64,000 nt of DNA from Diadema antillarum (lineage: Eukaryota): NCBI RefSeq assembly GCF_040938485.1, contig NW_027271515.1, forward strand, positions 62,001-126,000, given 5' to 3'. The position numbers and the translations under genes were made by a program. A model generated the notes under the pieces. That model saw only the letters and a list, made by a program, of their open reading frames with translations, was not told the DNA's origin and made no database searches. Positions 12,666-25,559 of this stretch are shown here, in pieces (position 1 is the first letter of the stretch; every line of letters begins with the position of its first letter).

Positions 12666-13879
12666 CGCGCGTATTAATTTTTGTGTGTATTATGTCTCGA
12701 TCTTTTTCTGGGGGGGGGGGGGATGGATAATAGCAAAAAGTGTTGGGATGTGGCTGCAGACCCCCCCCCCCCCCCCGTCCCCCTTTAGCAGCCCCTGCAT
12801 ATCAAGTACTACACCTGCAAGTTCGCAAAGCTACAATCACCATTCATGTCGAAATTGATATTCACAGCAATTTTTTCTTTCTTTCAATTATACATCGAGT
12901 GACCTTGGGCATGGCTTGTACTTTCCTGTGTGCCGTAATGACACTGTTCATTTTCAATCATCAGAATCACACTATTCTGTCAATGTGCGAACTCATGCAT
13001 GCGGACACACAGGCTCTAGTATACATGCATGTAATATTAAGCTGCCTCTTTCTCATTTAAATTGATAATTATGTCAGAACTGAAGTGTATGTTATGAGCC
13101 CTATTAGGCAATGTACAAGGACATCTTCTTCATAGAGAGAAAATGTGTGTATGTGTGTGTGTGTGCGTGTATGTGTGTGTGTGTGTGTGTGTATCCATGG
13201 TGAGTAACTGTTCGTTTGACTCATCGGAGTGATTATGATTAGGAGAGCTGTGTCCTTTTTTGTGCGGAGTTAAAATTTATTACATCATAGTTGATTTCTA
13301 TCATTAGTCTATACGCCAGGTTATATCTTTTCATAAAACGGGGCCCGAATCTCACTGCATGAATTTCATCATAATTTAGTGGCGTGACCAAGGGGGTTCA
13401 GGAGATGGAGCCACAATAGTTTGATTCCCCTTGATCTCATGTTTGATTCCGCCACTAAAGACATTTGAAGTATGTGCCAAACTTGGACTGCCCCACATAA
13501 TAGGAGACAATGTTTTATTGATATATGTGCCACTGCATAATGACCAGTCGCCCTCTGAGGAAATTATGTCTTTATGACGGTAAATATACTTTTCGCCGTC
13601 CTTTCTCATGAAAGATGGGCTGTACATACTGGTTCAGACATGGAAATCGCGCAAAGATTGATGAAACGGGGAAAAAAAAACTACTCGAGTTTACATGTCT
13701 TAACACTAAACTATAAAAGTGAGCGAAGAACCATGCTTAAAAATTATATCATATCAATTTCTTTTGCCGGAAGTGCCCGGAAATGATGAAAACTAATTTC
13801 GCAGTGATGGTATACCGTTTCAAATACTTTCACAAAATACGAGAGCTCATATTTGCAATTCTGCACTTATCATTGAATA

Positions 13880-14376
13880 CACTGTAAAAACATCGATGTT
13901 AGATTTAACACCACGGGTGTTAAATCACAGGTGTTGAAAATGCACTGTGATGGTGTTGAAAAGTGTTCACCTGACACTTCGGCGTGTTAATTTGACACTG
14001 TACCTGGTGTTATTTTGACACTGTAGTGGTGTTAATTCAAAAATGACACCACATGGTGTTGATTTGATATTTGTTGGTGTTAATATCAATGGTTTAACAC
14101 CCGTCCAGCTTCAATAAGAGACCACACCAGCTGGTGTTACTTTGGTGTAAATTTATTTTCACATTTTTTCAAAAATCTAGTATTTTAATGTAAAATTCTT
14201 GATCGTCTTGTTTAAATTAAAAATCAACAAGAAGTGCAGTTACTAAGAAACTCTTCAAAAAACAGTTTAAAATTTGGAAATGACACCCGGAGGTGTTAAT
14301 TTAACACCATAAAATGAGCACCGAAAATTTAACACCAGCTCGGTGTTCACTATTTAACACCGGACTTTTTGCAGTG
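13880..14376. mobile_element. CMC/EnSpm-like MITE (CACTG...CAGTG)
   Basis: TA|CACTGTAAAAA ... TTTTTGCAGTG|TA termini, internal AACACC/GGTGTT subrepeats. Second copy at ~25560-25987. Confidence 0.7.
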
Positions 14377-15252
14377 TAGGATTTACCTCAAGTTTCGTTA
14401 GGCTTCATCATTGGGTGAAATTTCATTTTATTTGATAAATAACAGGCAAAATATAGCCGATTTCAAAAGGAATCTTCAGATTGCTCAGACAGACGGCGCC
14501 ATCACGAAAGGCACAGTAAATGTTGCACCAGTGGAATTCTTTTGTGCATCCAAAGAAAAATGACAGCTGGTTTTTTTTTTTATTATTACAGGCAGTGGAA
14601 CCTCCAGCTCTTCAACCTCTTTGATGTGACTGCTGAAAGACATGCCGCTTACTCGAGTACTTTCATGGTAACATGACAAATTGTGTAGAAATACCATGCA
14701 TTTCTACAACTGGGAGGTTCACTAGGTGAAATAATGATAATCCTCATATACGCAGAATATGGATAGTTGACAATGGCTGGTAATATCAGGGAGTTTTCGT
14801 AAGCTTAACGCGGACGGCAAATCTACGGTCCGTGCGCAAAATCGAGAGACAACTAAAGTAGCATGAAATAGAGCTGCTGTTATTCATCAGGGTTGAAATT
14901 GTCCACCAGTATCTCAAAATGGTATATTACATCCGTCATACTGGAAGTCTCAAGTTGTCGTGTATAGATGTGTTGATATGACGAAGAATGTGACCTGGTT
15001 CCATACGACGCACATAACCCAACCACTTGCTCGGCGTCTCTGGCTTCGGAGAGAAAACATGCTGAGAATGCCGGCACGCATGAGGTCCTCTGTGTTTGTC
15101 ACCCTATATATCCTGCCACTTTATGTGCAGGAGTCGTCTGAGGCAACGGAGGTGGAAGGTGTTGAGCCTCTTCTCCTGGCCAGCATATCATTGCCCAGGA
15201 CTCAGAGCCGTATAGCAGGGTGCTGAGGACGCAGGCTTGGTAAACGCGGAGC

Positions 15253-17634
15253 CACTGGCGTAGCCAGGGGGGGGGGGCGATGGGGGCGGTCGCCCCCCCC
15301 CCCCCTAAGATTTGGACCGGGGATTTGGGAGGCGGAAAAAAAAAATGCATGTATACTGTATGCATGCACATGAAGCGGGTCTCCTTTGCAACCTTTCATC
15401 AAATAAGATATTTTTTTTTTGGAATATTTCACTCAAAGTGTGCACCAGATCGTTGAATTTCAATTCAAAATATGCAAAATCTCTCGTGCTTGGGAGGGGG
15501 TATCCCCCTCCCAAACCCTCCCCCTCTGTGCCTCTTTCCCTAGCTAAGTACACTTTTTAGATTTACAAAAAATTATGAATAATTCTGAGTGCACAAGACT
15601 TATCACTTATATTCCGAAAACTCAAGGTTCCTTCATGTATAAGGGGAATTTCCCCTTTTAATCGACCCTTTCCTCCCTCAGCCCCCCCCCCCCCCCCATT
15701 TTGTTTTTTTTTTTGTGTGTGTGTGATTTCCCAAATGTTGATTCCATCAAATATGCGTATACGAGATATCTCAATTTCAACCTTAAAAAGGCAAAAGCTC
15801 CATCGGAAGGGAAGGGTGGAGATAACACTCGCCAAACGCCTTCTCCCTGCTCGCCCCCCCCCCCCCCCGCCATGCATAGAAGTAGACTGTGGCTATACCC
15901 AGATCGCTTTATTTCAATTATAAAAAACGCAATAAGCTCCGCGAGCGGGAGGGGGAATCCCCCTTCCCCTAAGCTCTACCTCACTAGACTTTATACATAC
16001 ACACAGATGGTGCACATTTGGAATAAGAGCTAAATTCCGTGATTTTAACACTTCGATGAAAAAGTATTGCACCAAAACTTTGCACCAGATCGCTGAATTT
16101 CAGGTCTGAAAACGCAAAATCACCTTCGTGTGGCAGGGGATATGCCCCTATCTACACCCTCGTGTGCATGCTTTTTCTGCTTGATTGCTGAACAGACAGC
16201 GTTCATGATATTCAGTGTAAGAATTAATACAAGAAGACTAGTGTATTTAAATTATACCATTTTATAGGCAAATTGTTCAATAATAATCTACACTAAAATA
16301 TACTGCAACCTTAAACAAGTGGGACTGTTTCAACTCGTTGAAACACGCAAAAACATGCATCAAATTGCACCATTTGCAACGTCAAAATGCAAAAAGTTCT
16401 CACCGTGGGAGGGGGGACACCCCCCTCCCACACCCTCCCCTCCCCCCTCGCTCGCTCCACTCGCTCGGGTTCAGTCGCGTTCATGATATTCAGTGAAAAG
16501 AATTAATACAAGAAGTGCATTTAGATTTCACCATTTTAAAGGCAAATTGTTTCATAATAATCTACACTAAAATATACTGCTACTTTAAACAAGTGGGACT
16601 GTTTCACGTCGATAAAACGAGCAAAAACATGCATCAAATTGCACCATTTGCAATATCAAAATGCAAAAAGTTCTTACCGTCGTGGGAGGGGGGACACCCC
16701 CCTCCCACACCCTCCCCTCCCCCTCGCTCGCTCCGCTCGCCCGGGTTCAGTCGCGTTCATGATATTCAGTGAAAAGAATTAATACAAGAAGTGTGTTTAA
16801 ATTACACCATTTTATAGGCAAATTCTTCAATAATAATCTACATTAAAATATACTGCTATATACCTTAAACAAGTGGGACTGTTTCACGTCGATAAAACGC
16901 GCAAAAACATGCATCAAATTGCACCATTTGCAACAACAAAATGCAAAAAGTTCTTACCGTGGGAGGGGGGACATCCCCCTCCCACACCCTCCCCTACCCC
17001 ACCGCTCGCTCTGCTCGCTCGGGTTCAGTCGCGTTCATGATATTCAGTGAAACGAATTAATACAAGAAGTGTATCTAAATTATACCATTTTATAGGCAAA
17101 TTGTTCAATAATAATCTACACTAAAATAAACTGCTACCATAAACATGTGGGACTGTTTCACGTCGATAAAACGCGCAAAAAACATGCATCAAATTGCACC
17201 ATTTACAACATCAAAATGCAAAAAGTTCTTACCGTGGGAGGGGGGACACCCCCCTCCCACACCCTCCCCTTCCCCGTCGCTCGCTCCGCTCGCCCGGGTT
17301 CAGTCGCGTTCATGATATTCAGTGAAAAGAATTAATACAAGAAGTGTATCTAAATTATACCATTTTATAGGCAAATTGTTCAATAATAATCTACATCAAA
17401 ATAAACTGCTACCATAAACAAGTGGGACTGTTTCACGTCGATTAAACGCGCAAAAACATGCATCAAATTGCACCATTTACAACATCAAAATGCAAAAAGT
17501 TCTTACCGTGGCAGGGGGGACACCCCCCTCCCACACCCTCCCCCCCTCGCTCGCTCCGCTCGCTCGGGCTCGGTCGCTTCGCTCCCTCGCAGACTAACCG
17601 CCCCCCCTAAGATGAAATCCTGGCTACGCCGTTG
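15253..17634. mobile_element. hAT-like non-autonomous element with 8-bp TSD (CGCGGAGC)
   Basis: Termini CACTGGCGTAGCCAGG ... CCTGGCTACGCCGTTG. Identical CGCGGAGC at 15245-15252 and 17635-17642. Confidence 0.85.
16201..17575 (+). repeat. Tandem array of ~277-bp units (~5 copies) inside the hAT-like element
   Basis: GTTCATGATATTCAGTG recurs at 16201, 16479, 16755, 17033 and 17308. Confidence 0.95.
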
Positions 17635-18835
17635 CGCGGAGCTTGGTGTTCTTGGTCAGCTGACTGTTGTTCCATACGCGCCTGTTCAGTTTGGCCATGA
17701 CTGCGTTAACTTTCCCTATCCTATTGCTTATCTCATTGTCAAGGGAGAGGGAACTGGAGATTGTCGAACCAAGGTAGGTGAAGGAGTTCACTTCTTCCAG
17801 ATGTGTGTCATTGATGGATATGTCTGGAGGAGAGTCAGTATATATCTTGGGTCAAAATCTTAGTCTTTTTCAGGCTGATGGTTAGTCCAAATTCTTCACA
17901 GGCATGGGGCGTACGATCAACCAGCCTCTGCAATCCGACCTCTGTGTTTGATATCAGTGCAGCGCGTCGTCTGGAAACAACATCTTTTCGATATTAGAAC
18001 CTCAACCTTTGTTTTAGCATGCATGCAGTCGCGCGTGCAGTCTTCGAAATCGTGCTAAAGGAGCATGGAGAAGAAAATTCCAAAAAGTGTCAGTGCAAGA
18101 ATGCAGCCCTGCTTCGCACACCGCCGCGCTGCTCACAGGGAAGGCATCAGAAGTTCCATCGTTATAGCAGACTCTACTTTGCATGCTTTTGTCAAAGGAT
18201 GTGACAATCTGGAGCAGTCTCGGGGAGGAGGGGTCCTATTTCTGCAGGAGACTGAAGAGTCCACATCGGTTGACTAGGTCAAAGGCTTTCGTCAGGTCCA
18301 TGATGGCAATGTACAGCTTTTTTGCTGCTCTCGGTACTTCTATCCCCTGGAGCTGCCGTAGTGAGAAGTTCATGTCTACTGTAGATCGGCCTGCCCTGAA
18401 GCCGCTCTGCGACTCTGAATACATCCGGAAGGCAAGACTCTGCAGACGTGGTAGAACTAAACATGTGTGACAACTTTCCCGACAACACTGAGGAGAGAGA
18501 TGCCTCGATAGTTGTTGCAGTCGCTGCGGTCTCCCTTGTTATTTTAGACAGTGACGATGTTGGCATCACGCATGTCTTGGGGGACGTGTTTTTTTTTTTT
18601 ACCCAGCAAAGACACAAGAGCTTGAGGAGGTGTTACATTAGTACTGGCATGGAACTAACTCAAAAAGACTATGCCTATCCTATGTGGGTACCTCGATGAT
18701 ATGGCAAGATGATATAATTCTATAAAGAAAATAAAACAAAAAATAGTCAAATCATATGTCATCGTTTGAAGTGAAAATGAATTGATTTCTTTTTCTGTTT
18801 CTCATCTCTTGATATTCTCATCAAGCTCAAGACCG

Positions 18836-18986
18836 ATGATGGCTCAGTTGCAATGCGATATGTCGTTGAGGACGAAATGTGTTCCGTCGAAGAGGAGACG
18901 CGGCATTAACATACATTGTACATGCTCTCAGCTGGGTTTCATGTTGTTAGTCTTTGCCTTCTGCGTCAATCAAGCCGTGTCTCAGA
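18836..18986 (+). CDS. SRCR receptor gene 2, exon 1 (N-terminal extension plus hydrophobic leader)
   Basis: MMAQ...LGFMLLVFAFCVNQAVSQ ends at CAG A|GTAAGT (phase 1), the same layout as gene 1 exon 1. The start codon is uncertain. Confidence 0.65.
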
Positions 18987-19803
18987 GTAAGTGGATAAAT
19001 ACTACACAATTATTTTTTTTTTCAACGTAGAGCAGATAATGTGCTTCTTTATGTCATAGATTTTCAATTTACAAACAATATAGACTAGCAAATATCTGAG
19101 CAACTATAACGGAAATAGTGCAGAATATCATTTGAAAGTCATCTCCGACGAAGGACCTTGATTCGGGTGTACATGGGACCTAACAAGAACTGCTAGATTA
19201 CTATCATAAATGTTGGCACAATGATTTCCTACCAATATACTAATGATTGCTGTGATTTATTTCAGCTGTAACAAGCCATAATGCAAAAAGGGTGCATCAG
19301 AATGCAACAAAAGAATCTGGATATGTCTTAAATGTTGGATTCTGAGAAACATTATTACCGTTTACACAACAGTCGTTTATTTTTACATAGACCTGCATTT
19401 ATCCCTTTTTCTGATTATCAAGACTTCATTCCAGTCTATGGCGTGCCTATTATTTCACCTCTTAATAATTCTTTTCAAATTTGGTCAATATTTACTAAAC
19501 AAAAATAATAATGTCCAGACATATACATACTCGTGCAAAGTTTCACAATTTGCTCATTCGTGTGGAGGCAACTATATTGCGTATATTAACGTCCTTTACT
19601 GATCAAATTCTTATTCATTTACGTATCTGTGTTCATTGTTGCCAGCTGCATCACCCTATACGAATCCCGTCAGGACTGAAAAGATCAAAATAATCGGTTG
19701 ATTTTGACATAAATAAGTTCATGACTGCTTCCACTTATTGATATAGTCATTCCTGAGATTGAGTCGCACTCGTCGTGCATGGCTTTTTGTCCATGGTGTT
19801 TAG

Positions 19804-20142
19804 GTGAAGGCGATCTAAGGCTGATGGGAAGCATCCGCCCCAATGAGGGCAGATTAGAGATCTACCTCGAACAGCATTGGGGAACCGTATGTAGTAGGAA
19901 CTTCAACGACACTGACGCTATGGTTGCGTGCAGGCAGCTAAGTCTGGATTTCACCGGAGCCAAGGTGGTGACGGACCATTACGCCTTTGACCACGGCGTC
20001 GGAATGATGTGGTTTACCACGCCCTCATGTAGCGGCAACGAAGACCGTCTGACAGATTGTTTTATTCGTGATTACCAGGAAATGCTTTTTGGGTGCGACT
20101 TGATCATAGACGTCGGTATCAGGTGCCTGAGATCAGTGAGAG
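19804..20142 (+). CDS. SRCR receptor gene 2, exon 2 (six-cysteine group A SRCR domain)
   Basis: EGDLRLMGSIRPNEGRLEIYLEQHWGTVCSRNFNDTDAMVACRQL...SCSGNEDRLTDC...GC...DVGIRC. TTTAG| acceptor, G|GTAGGT donor, phase 1-1. Confidence 0.92.
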
Positions 20143-20443
20143 GTAGGTTTTAATTCAAAATGTTGTTAATTTCGCCGTTCACATGTGAAACGTGTGATTT
20201 GTCATGCATTAAAAAGGTGAGAAAGGCAATTCACCAACTTGGAAGGACTTCACGGAAATTGCCCGTACAAAACAAAATAAATAGGGTCGGCCTTTTCATT
20301 CATTCATATCACGTCATAAATTTGATTGGTTGGGTTTTGTTTTTTCTTTTTACTTTCTCGAGGAATAGGCCTATGATGCAGATATCTTATCAGTAATCAT
20401 GCCTGATGTCTTCTTTTTTTCTTCATATATGATGTACGTGAAG

Positions 20444-20479
20444 TTGCCGAGGGAGCCAATGAGGGACTTCAAAACAATG
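20444..20479 (+). CDS. SRCR receptor gene 2, probable 36-nt linker exon (VAEGANEGLQNN)
   Basis: Pyrimidine tract, AAG| acceptor, G|GTACGT donor, phase 1-1. EGANEG resembles the gene 1 linker SGATEPG. Confidence 0.45.
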
Positions 20480-20961
20480 GTACGTATTTTTCCCCATAAT
20501 ATTCATTTACTTCCATTCAAATGATACCAAAAACAGCAATTCAATTTAGTATTACTGTACAACGTGTAATATAAATAGTTCTTTTAGTAACATATTTTCG
20601 AACTAGGAAATAGAAATTAAAAAATGTAACTGTTGATACACACAATTTAAGTTAACGAAGATAACAACTGAGACACACATTTACCTCAATAACAAATGGA
20701 TCGAAAATAGTACAGAAAATTACCAACAAAAAAAAGCTATTTTATCTAAATTTCATTTTATGTCATAATCAATACCATCACAAAACAACTCCCCTTTACA
20801 TCTGCTCCTGATAATATACTTTTACAATAGTTATCCAAAACATTAAAAACCCTCCATGTATCTTCACCTCCCCTCCCCTTTAAATTACAAATATCAGACA
20901 GGAGTCTGTCATTGCTCGTGATGTCCTATTCCCATCCTCACCCCGCGCCTCAGTATTACAT

Positions 20962-21351
20962 CAGGGCCGGCGCAGCCGTGGGGGCCGTGAGGGCTCGGGC
21001 CCCCGCACTTTTTGTGCACCATACAAAGGAATATATAAGGTGACATCACTTTGGGCCCCACACTTTTTTCAACCCGGAAGTACGTAAGTGGCACTAAAAA
21101 AGAAATAGATCGAGATCTTGAAGTATGGCGGCGGTAAGGTTATGTGTTTTGTCTGAAGACCTTTTTTTTTTATAACACCCGGAAATGGGAGGGAAGAGAA
21201 TGAGCTGAGGACCTTTTTTTTTTTTTGCTTGTCAGCTGAAGAAACCCGGAAGTGGACGGGGAGAGATGAGGGACTTTTTTTTTTTTTGCTTGTTAGCTCA
21301 TGAAACCCGGAAGTGGGCCCCCACACTTTTGAAAACACTGCGCCGGCCCTG
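20962..21351. mobile_element. hAT-like MITE with 5-bp TSD (TACAT)
   Basis: TIRs CAGGGCCGGCGCAG ... CTGCGCCGGCCCTG, flanked by TACAT on both sides. Confidence 0.85.
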
Positions 21352-21365
21352 TACATAACCACCTG

Positions 21366-21886
21366 CAGGGCGGATCCAGGAATTCCGTAAAGGGGAGACG
21401 CCTTTACAAAATTAAAGGCAGAGTTTACCATTTGCAGATGGAACAAAAACACAGCATTAGTGCTTCTAAATAGTTCTAAAATGTAAGGGATAGAAACAAC
21501 CAATGTAAAAATTTGAACCAGTATAATCGATGTTAAGTATTTTTAAATATATAAAATGTGAACAATACGTATAATAAAAAATGTTTCCAGATTAAACCGT
21601 CTACAGTTATAGTTTAATGAGAAAAACGGTGATATCTCCTTATATTTTAGGCTTTGTTGCAAAAATTTTATATAGTAGGGTGTTTTGTGATACAACTGAC
21701 CCACACAGTATTATGCATCTAAAGTGATATCTTGAAAATATTTTAAATCACTGCTCCAAAAGGTCAACAGGACCATAATGGGGGCGCACGCCCCCCCCCC
21801 CTCATTTTTTTCTTTTTATTTCTTTTGTTTTAAAAAAAACTAAAGAGGGGGCGCGCCCAGTGCGCCCCCCTCTGCATCCGCCACTG
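21366..21886. mobile_element. GGCGGATCCAG-family hAT-like MITE interrupted by ~360 bp of AT-rich DNA
   Basis: CAGGGCGGATCCAGGAATTCCGTAAAGGGG ... TCTGCATCCGCCACTG; flanks ACCTG/ACCTA. Confidence 0.6.
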
Positions 21887-22099
21887 ACCTACCATTCCCT
21901 TCTCTCCACAATCCGCAGCCCACCCATGCCCATTACAACTACTAATATACTACCTAACCACACACGCACATAATGAATGCTCAGCTACACACACAAACAA
22001 AACCATCTCATCTTCAGGAATAAGGCACAGCGCTTTTATAAGTCCAGTCGGAGAACTTCTTGGGAACATCCCTTTCAGGTCATATACACATGTGAGGGA

Positions 22100-23810
22100 A
22101 TGCGGAAATAGAAAACATGAGCAAAAGTTTAATGAAAACTGGACAATCTGTTGGATCGCTGGATATGAGAACTACTAAAGTTTGTGATGTCACATGACAT
22201 TGTGTAGAACGATATAAAGAAAATAATTTTATAAAGAAAATTCAGTTTCTTCGATTCAATTCACTTTTCTTGCATAATTCATGAGCACTTGACTTGCCTC
22301 TATAAAAATGCAGGGGGAATAATATTACCCTTAACTAGGTGTTTCAAAAAAACATTTCCCACTTTTGATTCTTAATAATTCATAAACTATATATCAGATA
22401 ACACTGTCATTGATATGAGTAATAGCTGAATAGTGTACAATTTGGTTGAAGGTGGTTTGAATATGAAAACATAAATCAGTTTCATGAAATCCATGATTAA
22501 TTTCACAGTTAGGTTCCAGGTTTTGCTCTATTTTCAACCCTCTGTACAAAATTTCACTTTGCACAGGGGTCAATGGGTGTGTATGGGAGTGTGTGGTTAA
22601 CACCCTGACAATGGTCCTAAACAATGGTTAGGGTTTGAATGCTTCATTATTTATTCATGAGAAATTCCACTATCACAACTAGTCTTTATTCAGCCTCTGG
22701 CAGTATCTGTGTAAAGTCAAACGCCTGCAGATACTGTCGTTGGGTCTCGATAGGTGCTCTCCCTACTTCTGAAAAACGAAATTACAATGAATACCTTCTG
22801 TTCTATCGTAAACATGGTGACAGGAAGCAAAGAAAATCAATTAGAGTATACACTTGTGTAAATGGAGCCTTAAATAAATCTACTGTGAAACATATCGCCC
22901 CAATGATAAATGCTGCTGAACTCTTTATCAAAAATGATTTCTTTTTATCAAAAAGCGAAAAATTTGTCTGACTATTTAATTAGTAGACAGTTGTATTAAA
23001 ATGAGGAACTTTAGATCATTCATGCTTATTTATATCCCAAATTTAGTGATATGTGAAGCAAAAATTGAAAATGATTGCCAGCTGGAACGGAATGTGGTGT
23101 TTGGAAGCACATGGAAGCATATGTGCTTACTTTTTCCATGTGCATACAGTTTACCCTTTACCGTGCATGAATCCAGACTAGCAGTGCCCTGGGCAATCCA
23201 CATGAATTATTGATTAAGCATTCATGTGCCAGGGAGCACGAGACTGACGCCTAGTCAACAGGTGGTTCAGGCATGTCTATTGTTCAGGGCCATTGTCAGC
23301 ACACACTCACATACACATCATTGGTTCCTGTGCAAAGTTCATTTTTGTACAGAGGGTTAAAATTTGATCAAAATCTGAAACCTTACTTCAAAATCAATCT
23401 TAGATTTAATGAAACTGATTTATGCTTTCACATTTAAATTACCTTCAACCAAATTGAACACTATTCAGCTATTATTTATATCAATGACAGTTTTATCGAA
23501 TGAATAGTTTTTGAGCTATCAATGATCAAAAGTGGGAAATGTTTTTTGAAACACCTAGTACATCAGTGACAAATCGAGGGAATGTGTATTTTTTCTGAAA
23601 ATTATATTTTGTGATATTCCCTTTATATTTTCCATGTCTCGTTCTACGCACATGACGTCGTCAACAGGACGGTAGTAGTTTTCTCATCCAGTAATGACTG
23701 GGCAGAAACTTACAAAATTTATAGCTTTTGAACAGATTGTCTGATTTTCGTCAAACTTTCACTGATGCGTTACTAATATTGGATAAGGCTGATGGAATTC
23801 ACATCTTTAC
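22100..23810. mobile_element. Kolobok-like MITE (44678-45246 family) hosting a nested element
   Basis: Left part (..GACTTGCCTCT..GGGGAATAATATTACCC) and right part (GAGGGAATGTGTATTTTTT...CAAACTTTCACTGATG) match consecutive segments of the 44678 copy. Outer ends are approximate. Confidence 0.7.
22338..23555. mobile_element. 1.2-kb TIR element with TA TSD (Tc1/mariner-like non-autonomous)
   Basis: TA|GGTGTTTCAAAAAAACATTTCCCAC ... GTGGGAAATGTTTTTTGAAACACC|TA, with imperfect inverted repeats of ~280 bp. Confidence 0.8.
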
Positions 23811-24023
23811 AGTGATTACTAGTCATACAATCATTTTATACCATTAAGGCCTTACGCAATAATTACTGACGAGACATCAAACCAACCACTAACCTGCGTG
23901 TCCCTTCAATCGGTATAATTGATATGAAATAGGTATGTATCTGAATTTTTTCTATTTTGTTTTCATCTCCAAAAATTTCTTGCCAAACATAAGTTATCAT
24001 TCCTTTTTTTTCTGACTGGTCAG

Positions 24024-24109
24024 AATTTTGGATACCAGCAACCCCGGTTTTGGTTGGCATCGTGATCGTATTTGGAATCATCTGCATCGTTTACAGAGCC
24101 AGCCGATAG
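24024..24109 (+). CDS. SRCR receptor gene 2, TM exon (EFWIPATPVLVGIVIVFGIICIVYRASR*)
   Basis: Polypyrimidine tract and CAG| acceptor in phase 1, clear TM helix, TAG at 24107-24109. Confidence 0.65.
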
Positions 24110-25559
24110 AGGTCGCCATCTCGTCTACAAACATCATAATACTAGTATTTATACCGTTATTTCCCAAGCTGCCAGGACCAACGCGACTTCAGCAAAGGCC
24201 ACACCTTGGGAGCAGCATCACATGGTGCTGATGTAGCAGTAAAATGTGCCTTAAGAGCTGAGAACCCGTACAGGGCCGGTATTCATAAACGTGTAGGAGT
24301 CGTAGGGGCCCGGGCCCTCACCTGTGATTCGGTGTGTACACGAATAGAGTACCATTATGTAGCGTAAGAGTAAATCTCGTATCAAACATAGTGCTCACTA
24401 TTACCAGGTCCTTTCATTACTAACATAAATATCCCCTAAATACCAGTGTATATACTCTTCATGACCGTGTCTGTTGTTGCAATGTGTCAGTGGGGAATAG
24501 TTGATAATTTATGAGCTCCCATGTATGTTAAACTAGTCAAAACGACAGCAATTTACTTTATCAGTATTTATTATCATTATGATTATCTATTCGGTATTTG
24601 CAAGATAATACACGTGATAACAGATAAACAAAACAAGCAAAATACAAGGGTACAAGATGTCAGGCTTTTCCTGGTGCGCTTCCCTAAGTTGCCGGGTAGG
24701 AAAAAAATCAAAATCACTATTTGACATCAATGTGATATTTTTTGTCTTTCTTAATAAACTGAAATACGTTTATGTACTCTATATAGTTCACGTAAGGCTG
24801 TCGGAAACGTTTACAGGAATATCAACTGTACATGTACATGTATAACATTTTTAGCAAGATATTGAAATGTCTATGTTTGTGATCAATAAATCGAACACAA
24901 GTGTAGACTTGTACTGCTTTATTGTTTAGTGTTGTCGCTGTCTCATGATAAAAGCCATTACTAATGTATACATTATGTCCATTACTAGTAACATTTTTTG
25001 CTTCAGGAACTACATGACGCCACATCTGAATCGTGGTGGAGAAAAAAAAATCATTTTATGAATTCGAGGAGGCGGTGGCAAGACTTATTCGATACACGTG
25101 CTTAATGTCATGTTTTCAGCCAAAAAACCCACAAACAAATGACAAAAAACAAAAAACAAAACAAAAAACTTTACTAATACTTCATGTAAAGTGTTAGCTT
25201 ATTATTAATGTAACAACAAAGTTTATGCCAAGTCCTGTACTGGCACTGATATATTCAACTCATGAATGAGCGAGCCCTTGTTAACAAGAACAGCAACCAA
25301 ATCAGAGTACATTGTACTATGCTCGCCACTAATCTCTCGTGGGATACACAGGGATCAGTGATTGCCCACTGCCCGCTCTGTCAAAGAGATTTTATAACAT
25401 CTCTTTGTCGTGTTTGCAATAGTGACATACTGCCACCTACGATGAGAGTTTGTGATCGCGCACTGCAAAATTATAATACATGTACATGTACATAGGTGTT
25501 GGGACGATCAAATGTCAATAGAGGACCACATCCACGGGTGTAGAAAGTATGTTGTGATG

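Larger units (their letters stand above)
14870..18445 (-). mobile_element. Degenerate RTE-clade LINE ORF2 fragment, split by a DNA transposon
   Basis: YSESQSGFRAGRSTVDM..SLRQLQ...DLTKAFDLV (RT region) and KNTKLRVYQACVLSTLLYGSESW...RRLNTFHLRCLRR. The frame KNTKLR|VYQ rejoins across the 15253-17634 insertion. Confidence 0.9.

Noticed and set aside
12411-13060. ORFs with CVCVCV, poly-G and poly-P
   Set aside because: They are translations of GT microsatellites and G/C homopolymers in a MITE-like repeat, not coding sequence.
15960-15990. let-7 8mer CTACCTCA at 15976
   Set aside because: It lies inside a transposon with no evidence of being in an mRNA. It shows that some background hits occur.
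16201-17575. CRISPR-like regular array
   Set aside because: Units are ~277-bp near-identical tandem repeats without unique spacers, in a eukaryotic transposon.
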